The notes beneath the pieces were generated by a model. That model saw only the letters and a program-made list of their open reading frames with translations. It had not been told where the DNA came from and did no database searches. Below, in pieces: positions 13,505 to 26,100 of a DNA stretch of 64,000 bases. Location: assembly GCA_040954595.2 (NCBI GenBank), contig CM082584.2:8017919-8081918 (forward strand). Direction: 5' to 3'. How positions within the stretch are numbered: position 1 is the stretch's first letter; every line of letters begins with the position of its first letter. The position numbers and the translations under genes are program-made. The DNA comes from Balanoglossus misakiensis (taxonomy: Eukaryota; Animalia; Hemichordata).

Positions 13505-14993
13505 CACACATAAACTTACACAACGGAGGTGCCGGGCCCGGAAACGAATTAGTACTGATCTGACTGTTGAAACCCCGGGCACACTGTCGTTTATTTGAAT
13601 TTAAATTGTTTCCCCTTTTGTTATCGCTCTTGCCTATGAATACATACTGGTGTAATTGATCTTTATTCCCTCATTTAAGAGTTCTGGTTGTCTTATCTAT
13701 CACCTGATTCAATTCCACGGTCTCTGTGGATGTCGAAATTTCTACCTCATTTTTAGTCCAAGTTTCGATTAATACAGTAAAGACTAAAACACACGAATTT
13801 CAAATCGTCGATATTTGGTCGTCCATAATGGGTATAGCTATGTAGTAAAGCAACTACAAAATGGAGAACATATTGGTTTTATTCTGTCCCTGTAGTAAAG
13901 CGTATTGTGCCTTAGAATGTGTGATTGCATGCATTGTGGGCATCTTCTATTAGACATCCATACATGTATATCTATTTTTGGTTAATTCGCTGTGTAAGAA
14001 TTTTGAAAAATTCTCAATACAAGGACTTCCAATCGTCTCATTCTGACGGATAAGTGTTCTGGAAATACGTTGCTAAATAATATATCGTCTTGGCTTCGAA
14101 TATTTTTTACATGGATGACCCAGCAAAATTTGAATGAGCCAAACCTAAAATAAAAGAGCGAGTGTTATCATAAGCGAACTTGTTCACGGTGCATATTGTC
14201 CCTCGGTATTTGTTATTTTAAAGTTGCTGATGTCAGGATATATCATTTTAAAGAGCAACCGTCAGTCACAAACTCTCAGTGCAAGTGTCGGTATTTTGCT
14301 GCCCACTCACCTTGGTAATCACATTCAGCTGATCATCAGGTTGGCCCTTTGAGGATGACCCTGCATCAAGCGATTATCCAGCAGAGCATTAACGCGATAC
14401 AGCGTAATCATGTTAAACTCAAGCAAAATTTATTCGCTGACAGTCGGGGTATTTCTTTTATTGAATTTCCTGCTGGGCGACAGATATGTAATTCTGTGCC
14501 ACCCAGTAGCGCGCATTTTATTGACTTAATAAAACATCGTTCTAGTTTTAAGGATTTTACCAATCGGCACGAAATTTACTTTTTATGCGACAGTAAGTTG
14601 ATTTCATTTGCCATCGCATAGAATAATACTGTCTGTCAATTAATAACGCACCCTTCACATTATGAGCCGAGTGTCTATAACACGTTGCCTTATCGTTAAA
14701 ACAATATTTCATGGAGAAGATGCAACAGAAATATGATCCAACTAGATATTTATAAAGATTATCTAATTACGGGTACTCAGTTATCCCACAATGCAATGCT
14801 ATTGGATGTCCTTCTCCAAGGCTAGCTCATTTGATTTTATTCGCCGGTCGCGGTTTTAGCGTCGAGTAGGCTAGTTAACGGTTTTGCCATGACTGTTCGG
14901 TGTTTGATTTGACCGATACAACGGCCGCACACTTCTAACCTTCTGTTGTTGGCTGGTATACTTTAAACAGCTAGTACCCGCGGCAAAATAGCT

Positions 14994-17900
14994 ATGGCGT
15001 ACAACGACACCACGCTGCCTTCAGTTTCTGCACTGGAAACGGCAACAAGTGACGTATACAACAATGTTTCGCTTCCCGCCAACGAGACGTTCCTGCCGAT
15101 GCAAGGCGCCGGCGTCAGCAGGTGGCTACCGGTCGTCCTCTCGCACAGCGCCACTTTCGTCGTCGGTCTCGTGGGCAACCTGCTCGTCATCTACTCCATC
15201 GCCAAATGCCGGCGCTTGCAGAATGTCACCAACACGTTTCTGGCGAGTTTGGCGACGGCCGATCTCATCATAATCGTCATCGTCATCCCCATCCAGACGC
15301 CGTTCTACTTCAGCAGCAAATGGGTTCTGGGTGCAGCTCTGTGCAAACTGTTGCCCTATTTGACTGTGTTGTCAAGTTCATGTTCGGTATTTATGCTGAC
15401 TGCCCTAAGTGTCGAAAGGTAAGCATAATGCTTGCTTGCAGTGTCTACATTGGGTCCAGAATTTGAGAATGATGTTGTCATCGATACGTTAACTGGTGTT
15501 GAATGGCACCATACATACATTGTAAACTGATGGACCCCATATTGTTCTACTATTAAATTGTATCTCTGTGTCAAAACAATAACAACTGAAGATATTTTTT
15601 TCAGGAACTATTCTTCAATAGAACCTCACTTCTGAGGACGTCATTGACTTGCATATGTTCAACATGAGTTTAAATAGCTTAGATTGGTTGGACAGTGCAG
15701 TAAGTGGAAGCAGCTGTATCTTTCTCTATGCATAAGCTTCACGCAAAATGTAAGCACTCAGAAGTGTTAAAGCTAAATGATACCACGCCATAAATTGACA
15801 CCTTTCGATTATGGGTATCGCATCTGTCTACCAAAGTCGGTTCTAGAATGATGCACATTTGATGAAAACATTAGATATGAATTCTCGGCCATGTCAATAA
15901 CTGATGCAAGCCATTCTGTTCAGCTAAATCCAAAGTTTTACATGATATATGTCAAGTATAATACTGTGCCGTCGTAATTTAGACCCATCCATTGGTCCAC
16001 CGGCGGAGGCCACGTGAGTGGTCATTAAAACGTGACATGTGGGATAAGCCCGTTAATATGAAAAATAATAGCAATAACAGATGTAGACTAATGTTTCAAA
16101 AATCCTACTTGAAACACAATCAGATATTTGTTTATTCTCGCACGGACAATAAGCAATACATCTGAACTTATGTGGATCAATTTACATTTGGGTAGATATA
16201 TGATATACTTTGCTAGCTAAATTTTCATCAAGCCAGTAGCGCATGCGTGTGCTCTACGGCAAAACACGACTTTCTACTTATGAGGACAGAGTGACTCCAC
16301 TATCGTACATGTATAAGTTCCAAGCGATACTTTTACAGTGGAGCTAACATGCAAAATCAATAACTTTGAGAGGAACAGTCTGCATGATCAAATAGCAAGA
16401 GAAAGTAACTTTCCACATGACCCATTTCGGTTTCACAAAGTTCACCAATACGATCATAGCTTATTGTTTCAACATTGGACAATTATAACAATAAGCCGCG
16501 TATTCCAGTACAAATTAATCCTTGTATACTTACTTTGACGGGCGTTTGGACATAAATACACGTTAACGCCGGCGCTTCTTCCGCTATGTCTTCATCAGGA
16601 GAGCTTGAAGATCCAATCGGTCCTAAGCTGTACGTTGTATCCAGGCCTGGTAGAAACGTCCCTAATCCCTGAAACAAGAGTATATGCACGAGTGACAGGA
16701 CATCGTAAATCACGGCAATGAAGGGCAATGCTGGTATTGTCTGCATACATGTACATGTAACTCCTTCTCACACTCACTCTATGGTAACGTGGAATTGAAT
16801 GTCACTGTGTACCTTATAAGTTAAATTAAAAATAAGGTTTTTATTCCTTATTGGATTACGAATTGATCTCCTGGCATTCATCAACGCCGATCTGTTAAAA
16901 ACTTGTGTCAATCACGGCACAATTCATTACCCAGCGAAGGCTTAATTGAAGTAAAGGGCTGGTGATTTATCGAGTGCGGTTTACGGCGCAAGATAAAGAA
17001 CCCAATGCATATCAATGGTACACTGGGGAATATTAGAGAAGTGTGTCACAATGACCGTCAAGTAACTAGAAATTGATCGTCCGCGGTGGCCGGGTAGAAA
17101 ATTGCGTAGTCGACAAACTAGTAGCCACTTTGCAAAGGCTGGTACCAAGTTTTAAAAGAGACTCGCAGTTTCTAATTGTGCTAGTCTTTCTCGCAGTCGT
17201 GTGCGAAGTCAACGATCGCGAGATTATTTCCCCCCAAAACAAATTGGCCACAATATACCAAATTAAGAACCTCGCGATCCGTAGACATCGTTGGCATCGC
17301 ACTGTGACCTGCGCATTACGTTGTAACGCATTCAGTATTCACCACGGCAGTCAAGCTGTCACCGCAAATCTGCAGCGATGTCTGGCGTGACCGCGAACCA
17401 GAGCGGCGGCACTATTACAAATTAACGTCTTTATGGTAAATGTCATAAAAGTCGTACATTAATTCAATTTCCTCACCGATGCGTCACTTCGCCACACTCC
17501 GAACACAATTAACGACAAATAACGTAATTTTTCATTCATTATAAAGAACCCAGAATGCCTCAAGGATAGCAAAGATATACAAGTATATCTGGAGCGCTGC
17601 ACTGAAATCAATTTAGTTGAAGCTATGATATACGCCACAATTAGTAATACACGTTTTTACATGTCGTTTCAAGGTGAAGGCAATCAAAAGCAGTTTTCTA
17701 GTTATTGACTGAGCAGAAAGACTCTCATCAGACCGTCGGCTTCAGTCTGTACATAGGAAATGCGTGTTTGGGTGAAGGTTTGGCGCTTTTACGTGTACAT
17801 GTACCAGTTACCAACACTCGAACGTAACGCAAGATGCAGGCATTATATTGATTTCCAAGAAGAAGAAAATAAACTGTGATCTACAATGACAGCACACATG

Positions 17901-20900
17901 TATACCGTGGAACGATAAATGGGGCTGGTTGAGTGAAAACTGGTAAGCAGTTTGTTCACTAAACACGTTCTCTAAAGTGAATTACGAGCGACAGGCGATA
18001 TAATTAATACATTCTCCCAGGGTCCGTATATATATCTCTATAAATTATATACTTTATGAAAAATGAACATACGACACGTTCGGTCTGTATGGTAATATTT
18101 AAAGTATTCAATTCTCAGTCGGTTTATTTCAAGGTTTGGTATTTCTATGTTCGCGCCGGCGAGCGTCACGTTTTGATGCCCTTGTGTTGACTCGCTATGG
18201 GAGCGCTAAAAGTACGTACTCTTCGTAACGTTAGCTATCGAGCATTCAGTTCCCAGCCAGTTCAGGCTTCATGTAAAGCAGTGAATTGCCTAATTTGTCA
18301 GAATTAAGCGTTATACTAATGTTATTAATGATCTCGGTCTATGAGCAGTTTCTTGTATTTCCTTAGCCTAAGGGCGCCAGGATTTGATGCGTTCTTGTAT
18401 TTTCGGGAGCATCGAGTCTTGATTGTAAATAACCACACCGAACGAATTTCAGTTATCCCGAGGCGATGTAATCCCGACACTTGCGATGCTCAGCACTGAA
18501 GTAGAGATGAATCGTTAGCAAGGGCTATTCTGCATGGTATGGCGATCACACCTGTTGCATTCATTGATTTCCCCATATCGGATTCTGCTAACATTTTTGA
18601 ATATGCAAATCGCTAGCAAGGCTATTCTGCATGGTATGGCGATCACACCTGTTACATTCATTGATTTCCCCATATCGGATTCTGCTAACATTTTTGAATA
18701 TGCAAATCGTTAGCAAAGGCTATTTTGCACAGCATGACAATCACGTGTATTCAAATAGGAGTAGACTCAACAATAGAACGAATACAAACACGAAGGGGTT
18801 ACAGCACGGGATGCCGTCTCCCACTCGAGTGATCGATGTCAGGCAGTGTGTTCCTCAAACAAGGTTGACTGATAAAAATCTACGCTGAAGCGAACGCAAT
18901 TAGGAAAGAACGACAGCGTGTATTTAATGTTTATCATCAAACGTGCCCTATTAAGTGAGTACAGCCTTGACTGACCCAAACAGTTGTTGCCATATCTAAA
19001 TCTTAATGATACAAGCACAGCGTGTTGCAGATGACCTTTATAAACCTAGTAATCACCACGTATGCGGTCGTTTGTCCGTGCATGTAATTCTGCAGTTACA
19101 TTATTTTCGGTTTCCAGAGTCAAACCACATCTTATCCCGTCAGTTCTCGCGGGAACCAATCCCGAGGGACGTACAGGATTTAGAAGAGAATGATAATAAT
19201 TGGGTTTTGATCTCCATGGAAAGAAGTTTCCTTAACCTATGGTCATGTCGGGATTAATAAATAAAGACTATGTATTCAGATTGGGTATTCATTTGCTAAG
19301 TTATTAATAACTGTATATGCGTGTATACTAATCAAAACTGGTATACTGCTGCATTATACACGATGTTATTATTAAAATCAAATTGCAAAAGTTTTTAAAT
19401 CTAAATAATATATTTGTGTTATTTTACACGTTGAGACGCACATAAGAGATGGTATTATCATTTGAAATTATAACATTCCTCCCCTTATACACACTGTGAT
19501 TTATTGTATACGTACATGAAAATAATTACCCCAAATTGTGACTTGTACAGTGATAATGCTACCACCAAAAAACGGTGTAGAACGTTGAGGGATAATGCCA
19601 CAGATAGCTGACATTGTTTCACATCATAAGAAGAGGGACAGAGTTATGCGCGACGTTGGTTAATCCCAGTACATTGAAACTAGTTCAAACCTATTTATTT
19701 GTGAAATTTCATAACACGACGAGTATAGATGACTTTTGTGATACTGATATGTAGCTATCAAGCTACGATTTCTAATCATGTCCTATCACCCATCCAGTAT
19801 TCCAAACCAATAGTAATGCTATTGGCATCCTAGTTATTTGTGGTTTCAATGTAACCCCCAAGCAGACGACAGAAAGAATATTCGGTATTCAGACAAGCGG
19901 ATATATATGTATATGTATCATATACATGATGCATCGGTTTGGCTGTTCAGGGATGTGCGATTTCGTGGCAACACTGATCCGACGTCGACGTCTCTCCATT
20001 CCAGCAGAGGCAACCGTGACGCAGTTAACGAGGCTCAACTTTGCCTTAAAAGCTTTTCTATTACATGTACTTCTCTAGCTGGTGTACTGTGGCAGTGTTA
20101 ACATCACAGAGGCATTGATTGCTTCAACCCTTGGCAGTCGATAATTGATTTTGGAATAATGTGACAGCATTCAAGTCACGATCTTCTTGACAAAACGATC
20201 ATCTACGTTCGTCCACGATTTTTGATCCAACAAAGCAGACAAACGACTCCGTGGCGCTAGAAGAAAATTCGCACCTGTGTACATGTAACCTAAGCATAAA
20301 GGCCGTTTACACAATTGCTAATCATGTTATCAACAGGAGTTCAGTCGTAACCGTTGAACGACACTTTCCTGTCCAAATGTTGGTGAACATTTCCTCATTT
20401 GTCCTCAGTTTTGGACCATGTGGACATAAGGTCACATAGCCTACACGGTTTTGATCAAAATCTCTAGAAATACATGTTTTAAGGGTAGCTTTATGGCAAC
20501 GAGTTGACTTTGGCGTTGAAAGAGTCAATTGCCTCATACGAATCACTGTTTGCATAAGCTGATTGCTGTAGAAGTAATAAGTTCTCATTAAGACCAATAT
20601 GCAAATGAAAACAAAGAAAGCAGATCATGCATTATATGGTTTGATCATCGCATGTGTAGAATACCTCTTTTCTTGTCTGGTGAATACATGTGCTTTGGAA
20701 ATATCCAGCAAACGTGGTGGCACCGCTTACGGCGCCTGGTGACTCTGCTGTTGTTTTCTTGGTTATAGTCTTATACTACCTTACTATGTTTTCTTACTTA
20801 AGGTACATCGTCATCGTTCATCCACTGTTGGCTAAAACTATCATCACTCGTGGACGAGTTAGGAAAGTTATTATCATATTGTGGGTCTTCGCCATATTAT

Positions 20901-22354
20901 ACAGCTTTCCTCCACTGTTTTACAAGGTACGTTTACAAGTGTACACATACATGCATACTTGATACATACATACATGCATGCGTGCATACTTACGTATGTA
21001 CATACATACATACATGTACATGCACACACATACATGCATACCTATACATACATGTACATACATACTGTAGATGTATAGGTATAGGTAATTGTACTGTTAT
21101 TCATTTCAGAAACACGTCAGGCGGAAATTTGGGAACCATCCTGTGTATTACACCTGTTCTAATTCGGAGGACGAGATTTTTGGCAAGGCCTACTCGATGT
21201 ACTTACTGCTCGGGATGTTCTTGATTCCACTCTTTGTAATGTCCATCTGTTACACGCGGATTATATACGAGCTTTGGATAAGCAACAAGACTTGCAAGGA
21301 ACTGAAACGCCGGCGAGCGAACGACAGTCATGGATTGTACCGCTGTAGACCGATGTTTTCCCGCCAACGACAGAAATGTCGAATAAACGGCGTGAACGAA
21401 GTGACAACTTTAGGTGCTGCAGATAATGTTCGGGAATCGGGGTCGACAGGACAGCAAAGTCTGTTGAAATCAAAGAGGATTGTAGATCAGCAACTGCAGG
21501 GTAGAAAACAAGTAAGAGCCCTCTATATAATACATTGAGTGAGTGCACATCGGTGGGTTGGTGGGTCAGCTGTTGGATAGGTACAAAATGTAGCCTATAG
21601 GCTTCGAGCGAGCGAGTGACTGACTGACTTCCATGTCAAGCTGGCTGGCAAGCTGGCTAAATGAATGAGTGAACCTTCGGTGGCCAGCTGTCTAGGTGAA
21701 TTAGTGTGTGGCTGCTTTGCTGGCTGGCTAGGTGACTCGTGAGTGAGCGAGTGTGTGTGAGAGAGAGATCATGAGTGAGCACACGAGAAATAAGTAGGCC
21801 TAAGGCGCCAACACTCGGTCGTTTGAGTTGTGACCCTTTGACCCTTATTTGTGTGTTCGCTGTTTGTATTCTCTCTTGTCTTGATTGGGTTGTCTTTATT
21901 GCCTAAGTAGTGCCTAGTGGATTGATGAACATAATTAATGTGGTAGGGATTCAGAAAATCATTAGCCACACCCTGCTGATTGTCTTAACCTCAATCCTTC
22001 ACCTTGTTATTACAGGTGATCAGAATGTTGTTAGTGGCAGTTTCCCTCTTCATGGTTTGCTGGGGTCCAGTACTGTGGCTCAAGTTCGCCATTGAGTTCG
22101 GCTACATTGAGAGATACAGCGCGACAAGAACGTACTTGAGCATCACCTTCAACTTGCTGTCCTACCTGAACAGCTGCATGAACCCGATCTGCTACGCCTT
22201 CATCTCGCGCACCTTCAGAGAGTGCTTCTACTGGGCGATAACGTCATGCTGCTCGGGAAAACCTCCCGACGGATTCAACGCCACGCACTTGAACGTCACT
22301 AGCAGGGCGACGACGGCCGTGTGTCGTCCGGTGTCTCAGCCGAGAACGCGGTGA
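14994..22354 (+). CDS. Class A peptide GPCR, tandem copy 2, 429 aa; exons 14994-15418, 20803-20926, 21110-21511, 22016-22354
   Basis: Exons of 425+124+402+339 nt = 430 codons including the stop. N-glycosylated N-terminus, GNLLV (TM1), LATAD (TM2), ERY split by a phase-2 intron, CWGP, NPICY. AATAAA at 22463-22468. Confidence 0.93.
18510..18729. repeat. Tandem duplication of a ~97-bp unit (about 2.2 copies) in intron 1 of GPCR copy 2
   Basis: Units start near 18510, 18608 and 18705 (aatcgttagcaagggctattctgcatggtatggcgatcacacctg...gaatatgcaa) and are nearly identical. Confidence 0.9.
20941..21066. repeat. Degenerate (CATA)n/(CATG)n microsatellite filling most of GPCR copy 2 intron 2
   Basis: catacatacatgcatg... 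array visible directly. Confidence 0.85.
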
Positions 22355-23172
22355 ACCACTGAATTCACGGGATGGGAACACCTGGTACAAGCTCGTCAAT
22401 ATAACTACACATACCGCAAATGTCGGATCTTTAACTATAGGCTGTGGACGATTGGCGTTTATAATAAAGGTCCAGTGCAATTAGTTGCTTGCAGCGCCTG
22501 AATATATCAAATTATTGTACCCACCGGAAACATATAACGCTGTCGCCCAACGTTCCAGATACCTTGTACCACTGTATATTCGGTGTGCCTACCCTTAGCC
22601 ACTTCTTGCAGACATGTATTTCTTTACATTTGGGAAAACAGAAGGATGTCCCATGTCTTATTTTTTATGTGAGAGATTCATGTTTATAAGCTGCTTATAT
22701 CTACAAAATAAGTCAAGTGGAACAGGCAAATGTAAAACTGTTTTCAGGCTATTTTCAATACACGTATCATATTATTGAATGGTAGTTCCAGACGTGCTAA
22801 TGATTCAACGTGGTTAGAAGCAGATTACTGACACATGTATTGATTAGCTTGTAATTATTCCGTCAGTGAAACGTATCGTCAGAGAGAAGTATCGATAATA
22901 TTTTCGACAGGCGATTATTGTGCACACGAACATTTTCCTCATTATCCCAGAATGCTCTACTTCACTGACGCGCGCTTCTGTCTGTAGTAGTTCTCTGCGG
23001 TTGTCGTCATCATGCGCTTGGCACAAACATCGCTTGAGTGACATTTGAGATTTAGCATTGGTTTGGACGTTAGTTGAGAGACTTCGTCAGAGGAGGGTTG
23101 GTGCCGAACGTTCTGGCCGGCGGCTCGGTATTTCCATAACCCGTGCTCCCAGTTACCACCCAGTAAGAGGAC

Positions 23173-26100
23173 ATGACTTGCAACGCTACCACTGTGTCGC
23201 CGGATTCCGGTGACGCGTCGGCAAATACCTACGCCTGCGGCAATTCCTCGCTTCCCGCCAACGAGACCTTCCTGCCGATGGAAGGCGCCGGCGTCAGCAG
23301 GTGGCTGCCGGTCGTCCTCTCGCACAGCGCCACGTTCGTCGTCGGTCTCGTGGGCAACCTGCTCGTCATCTACTCCATCGCCAAATGCCGCCGCTTGCAG
23401 AATGTCACCAACACGTTCCTGGCGAGTTTGGCGACGGCCGATCTCATCATAATCGTCATCGTCATCCCTATCCAGACGCCGTTCTACTTCAGCAGCAAAT
23501 GGGTTCTTGGTGCAGCGATGTGCAAACTGTTACCCTATTTGACTGTGCTGTCAAGTTCATGTTCGGTATTCATGCTCACTGCCCTTAGTGTCGAAAGGTA
23601 AGCGTTTGTTCGTGTTAACAACAACACATGCATTTTGTATGATTTCACTGGCCATACTTTCCTTGAACGGCTATACAACTTGAAAACATGTCATTTCTTA
23701 ACATTCCGTATATAGAATAGCTACTGTAACAGGGATTTTCTTAACGGCTAGTGGAGCTTCTTGTATGTCAAATGAAAAACCACACACGCTGTGCTAGTTA
23801 ACTTAGATTTTTCACCTTTGAATGGAAATCTGGAAATATTGTTGTCATTCGACGATGTATATACCAGAGGAGGGGTGTTTGTGTATAAAGCAGACAGACA
23901 GTGCTTCGCAATTATGTAATCATGGCACTGTACCTGAAAACCAACAACATAGCTATTGGATATGCACACAGTAACTAGCTGCCTATCTATCTTATTTAAC
24001 GTAACTGTTGAAATTGACAACCAAGACATTCTAAATAATTACGTCCCAGAACAACACACATATAAGAGGTCGTAAAGAACTTCCAACGGGATCATGAGCA
24101 ATAAATCAACACAGTGAAGAAGATTCAGCCGCATACATATCTGGCGTGGAATGAATGACCTGACCCTCGCAATACTGTTGGTACATGCAAATTGTACGTG
24201 TACTACAGCATTAGAATCCACAAACGGCAACGTGGGATTTTATCAGTACAGTTTTGTGGAGTAGACATTAAATGGAATAATCTTTACGTTTCACTGGATT
24301 TAATAAAAGGGCGGGTTCTACGTTTACATATTTGCCCTCGGCCAGGCACAGTAAAGAAAGGAGGTTGTTACGTACGTAGGAGAAGTTTGCTGTTGTTTTG
24401 TGACCAGGTGTGTTTTCGCTTACTTTCGTAATTTGAATATTTGCGTGACCAGGTGTGGTGCATTCATTATTTTCCCCATATAAAAAGCCCGCACGCTGTG
24501 TTGCGGCGTAGCTACTAATTTGGACTTGCCCGTGTGAGCTTGTTCTGTTCCTCGCCGGCTTGGAAGCTGTGCTGTATTTCATGCTGTCCTGGTCTGGAAA
24601 CCGCGCCTAGGAGCCGTGTTATTTCATGCTGTCCTCGTCTGCTAACTTTTAACTTGTGCAGTTTACTTTCGATACCTCGACATGCAGATTGTCGACCACG
24701 ACCAACAGCCTCTGACAAGGACCGGACAATTTGGTGCAATGAAAACGCGACTATCATTTCGCAGTCACTCTCTGTGGGACGGTCGACAGAAATAATTGCG
24801 GACGATGATCCACGCGGGAAGTATAGTTTATCAAGCGAGCCCCCAGGGCTTTCACAGACAAGCCGCTCCATATTATGTTTTGAAAAGTCGTGACTGTTAA
24901 TATTAAGAATGCTAAATAAATTCGTCAAGCAAACATCTGAATTAAACTCGCATACATGTGTGATTTGCGCATGTAAGTAATTGCCATTGGCATTGGTATG
25001 TCATCCTTCAGGTACGTACATTAAATGCAGGATGTACACTGTATAGTTGATTACTAGCAAAAGTAAACCGAAAAGACACGGCTACTTACATGTGTTGGAT
25101 AAATACCCTTAGCTTTACGGCGGGCTTGTATAGTGGTAATGGTTAATTTAAATTCGCGTCATGGATTACCTTGAGATGCTCACCCCTAAACGTTGCTGTA
25201 GCGAGCAAATGTAACTATGATTGAAATGGGCAATTTCGTCAGCCATCGTCAGATATTTCAAGAACTGTCCGCGTCTGCATTATTTATAATATAATGAAGC
25301 ATTTACAACGTCTGCTACACTTGGTTTTTATGCATCCTTCATCAACGTGTACGATTGAAGCTATTTGCAGTCCACCAAACAAGTCTCCATTTCTCGACAT
25401 TATCCTAACCATCAAAATGTCTATATAAAAGCGTATAAAATTACCTTGATTTGGAAACTACCCCAGATAAGTTTTGAATATGACCAATAAAACTTAACCT
25501 GAAATAGAGATTAATGTGTTTTGTGTTTCATGTGTGGGAAGACACCGCATCGGTACCGTTTCACTGCCACACCGCGGTAAATTTGATCGATTGGTAAGCC
25601 GTATTCTTCCGACAGCAGGGGTATATTTGAGCATGTATTAAACTAGGGTCGAGCTATAAAACTATAACTACAGTTTGTGGCCGGTATACACCGAGCTGAA
25701 CATTAACACAGACGTGCCGCAGATAATAGAGTAATGATGGAGAACGCTTTCGCTGATTACACACCGGTGAGTCACCATAGAAACCTGAGAGTCTGAGTCT
25801 TCTTCCAGCAATCAGGAACGGATCAGAACCAAACAACTTCTAGTTCTAAACTTATCGTTTCTGAGCAGCTATATATATATTTCAACGTATCTATAATTTC
25901 AACAATCGCAAATGAAGTAAAGTGAGTCCAACGACTGTCTTTCCATGCAGTTGGTCTCGGTATATTGGGCAATAACCTTTCCCCTGTCGGCCAAAAAATA
26001 TATCTTAAAGGAAAGTAAGTCACACTATCTCCTAATTCGAGACGATGTCAGTCTTACAGTCTTAAATAATGTAAACAGCTACTGAATATTTTATACGTTC

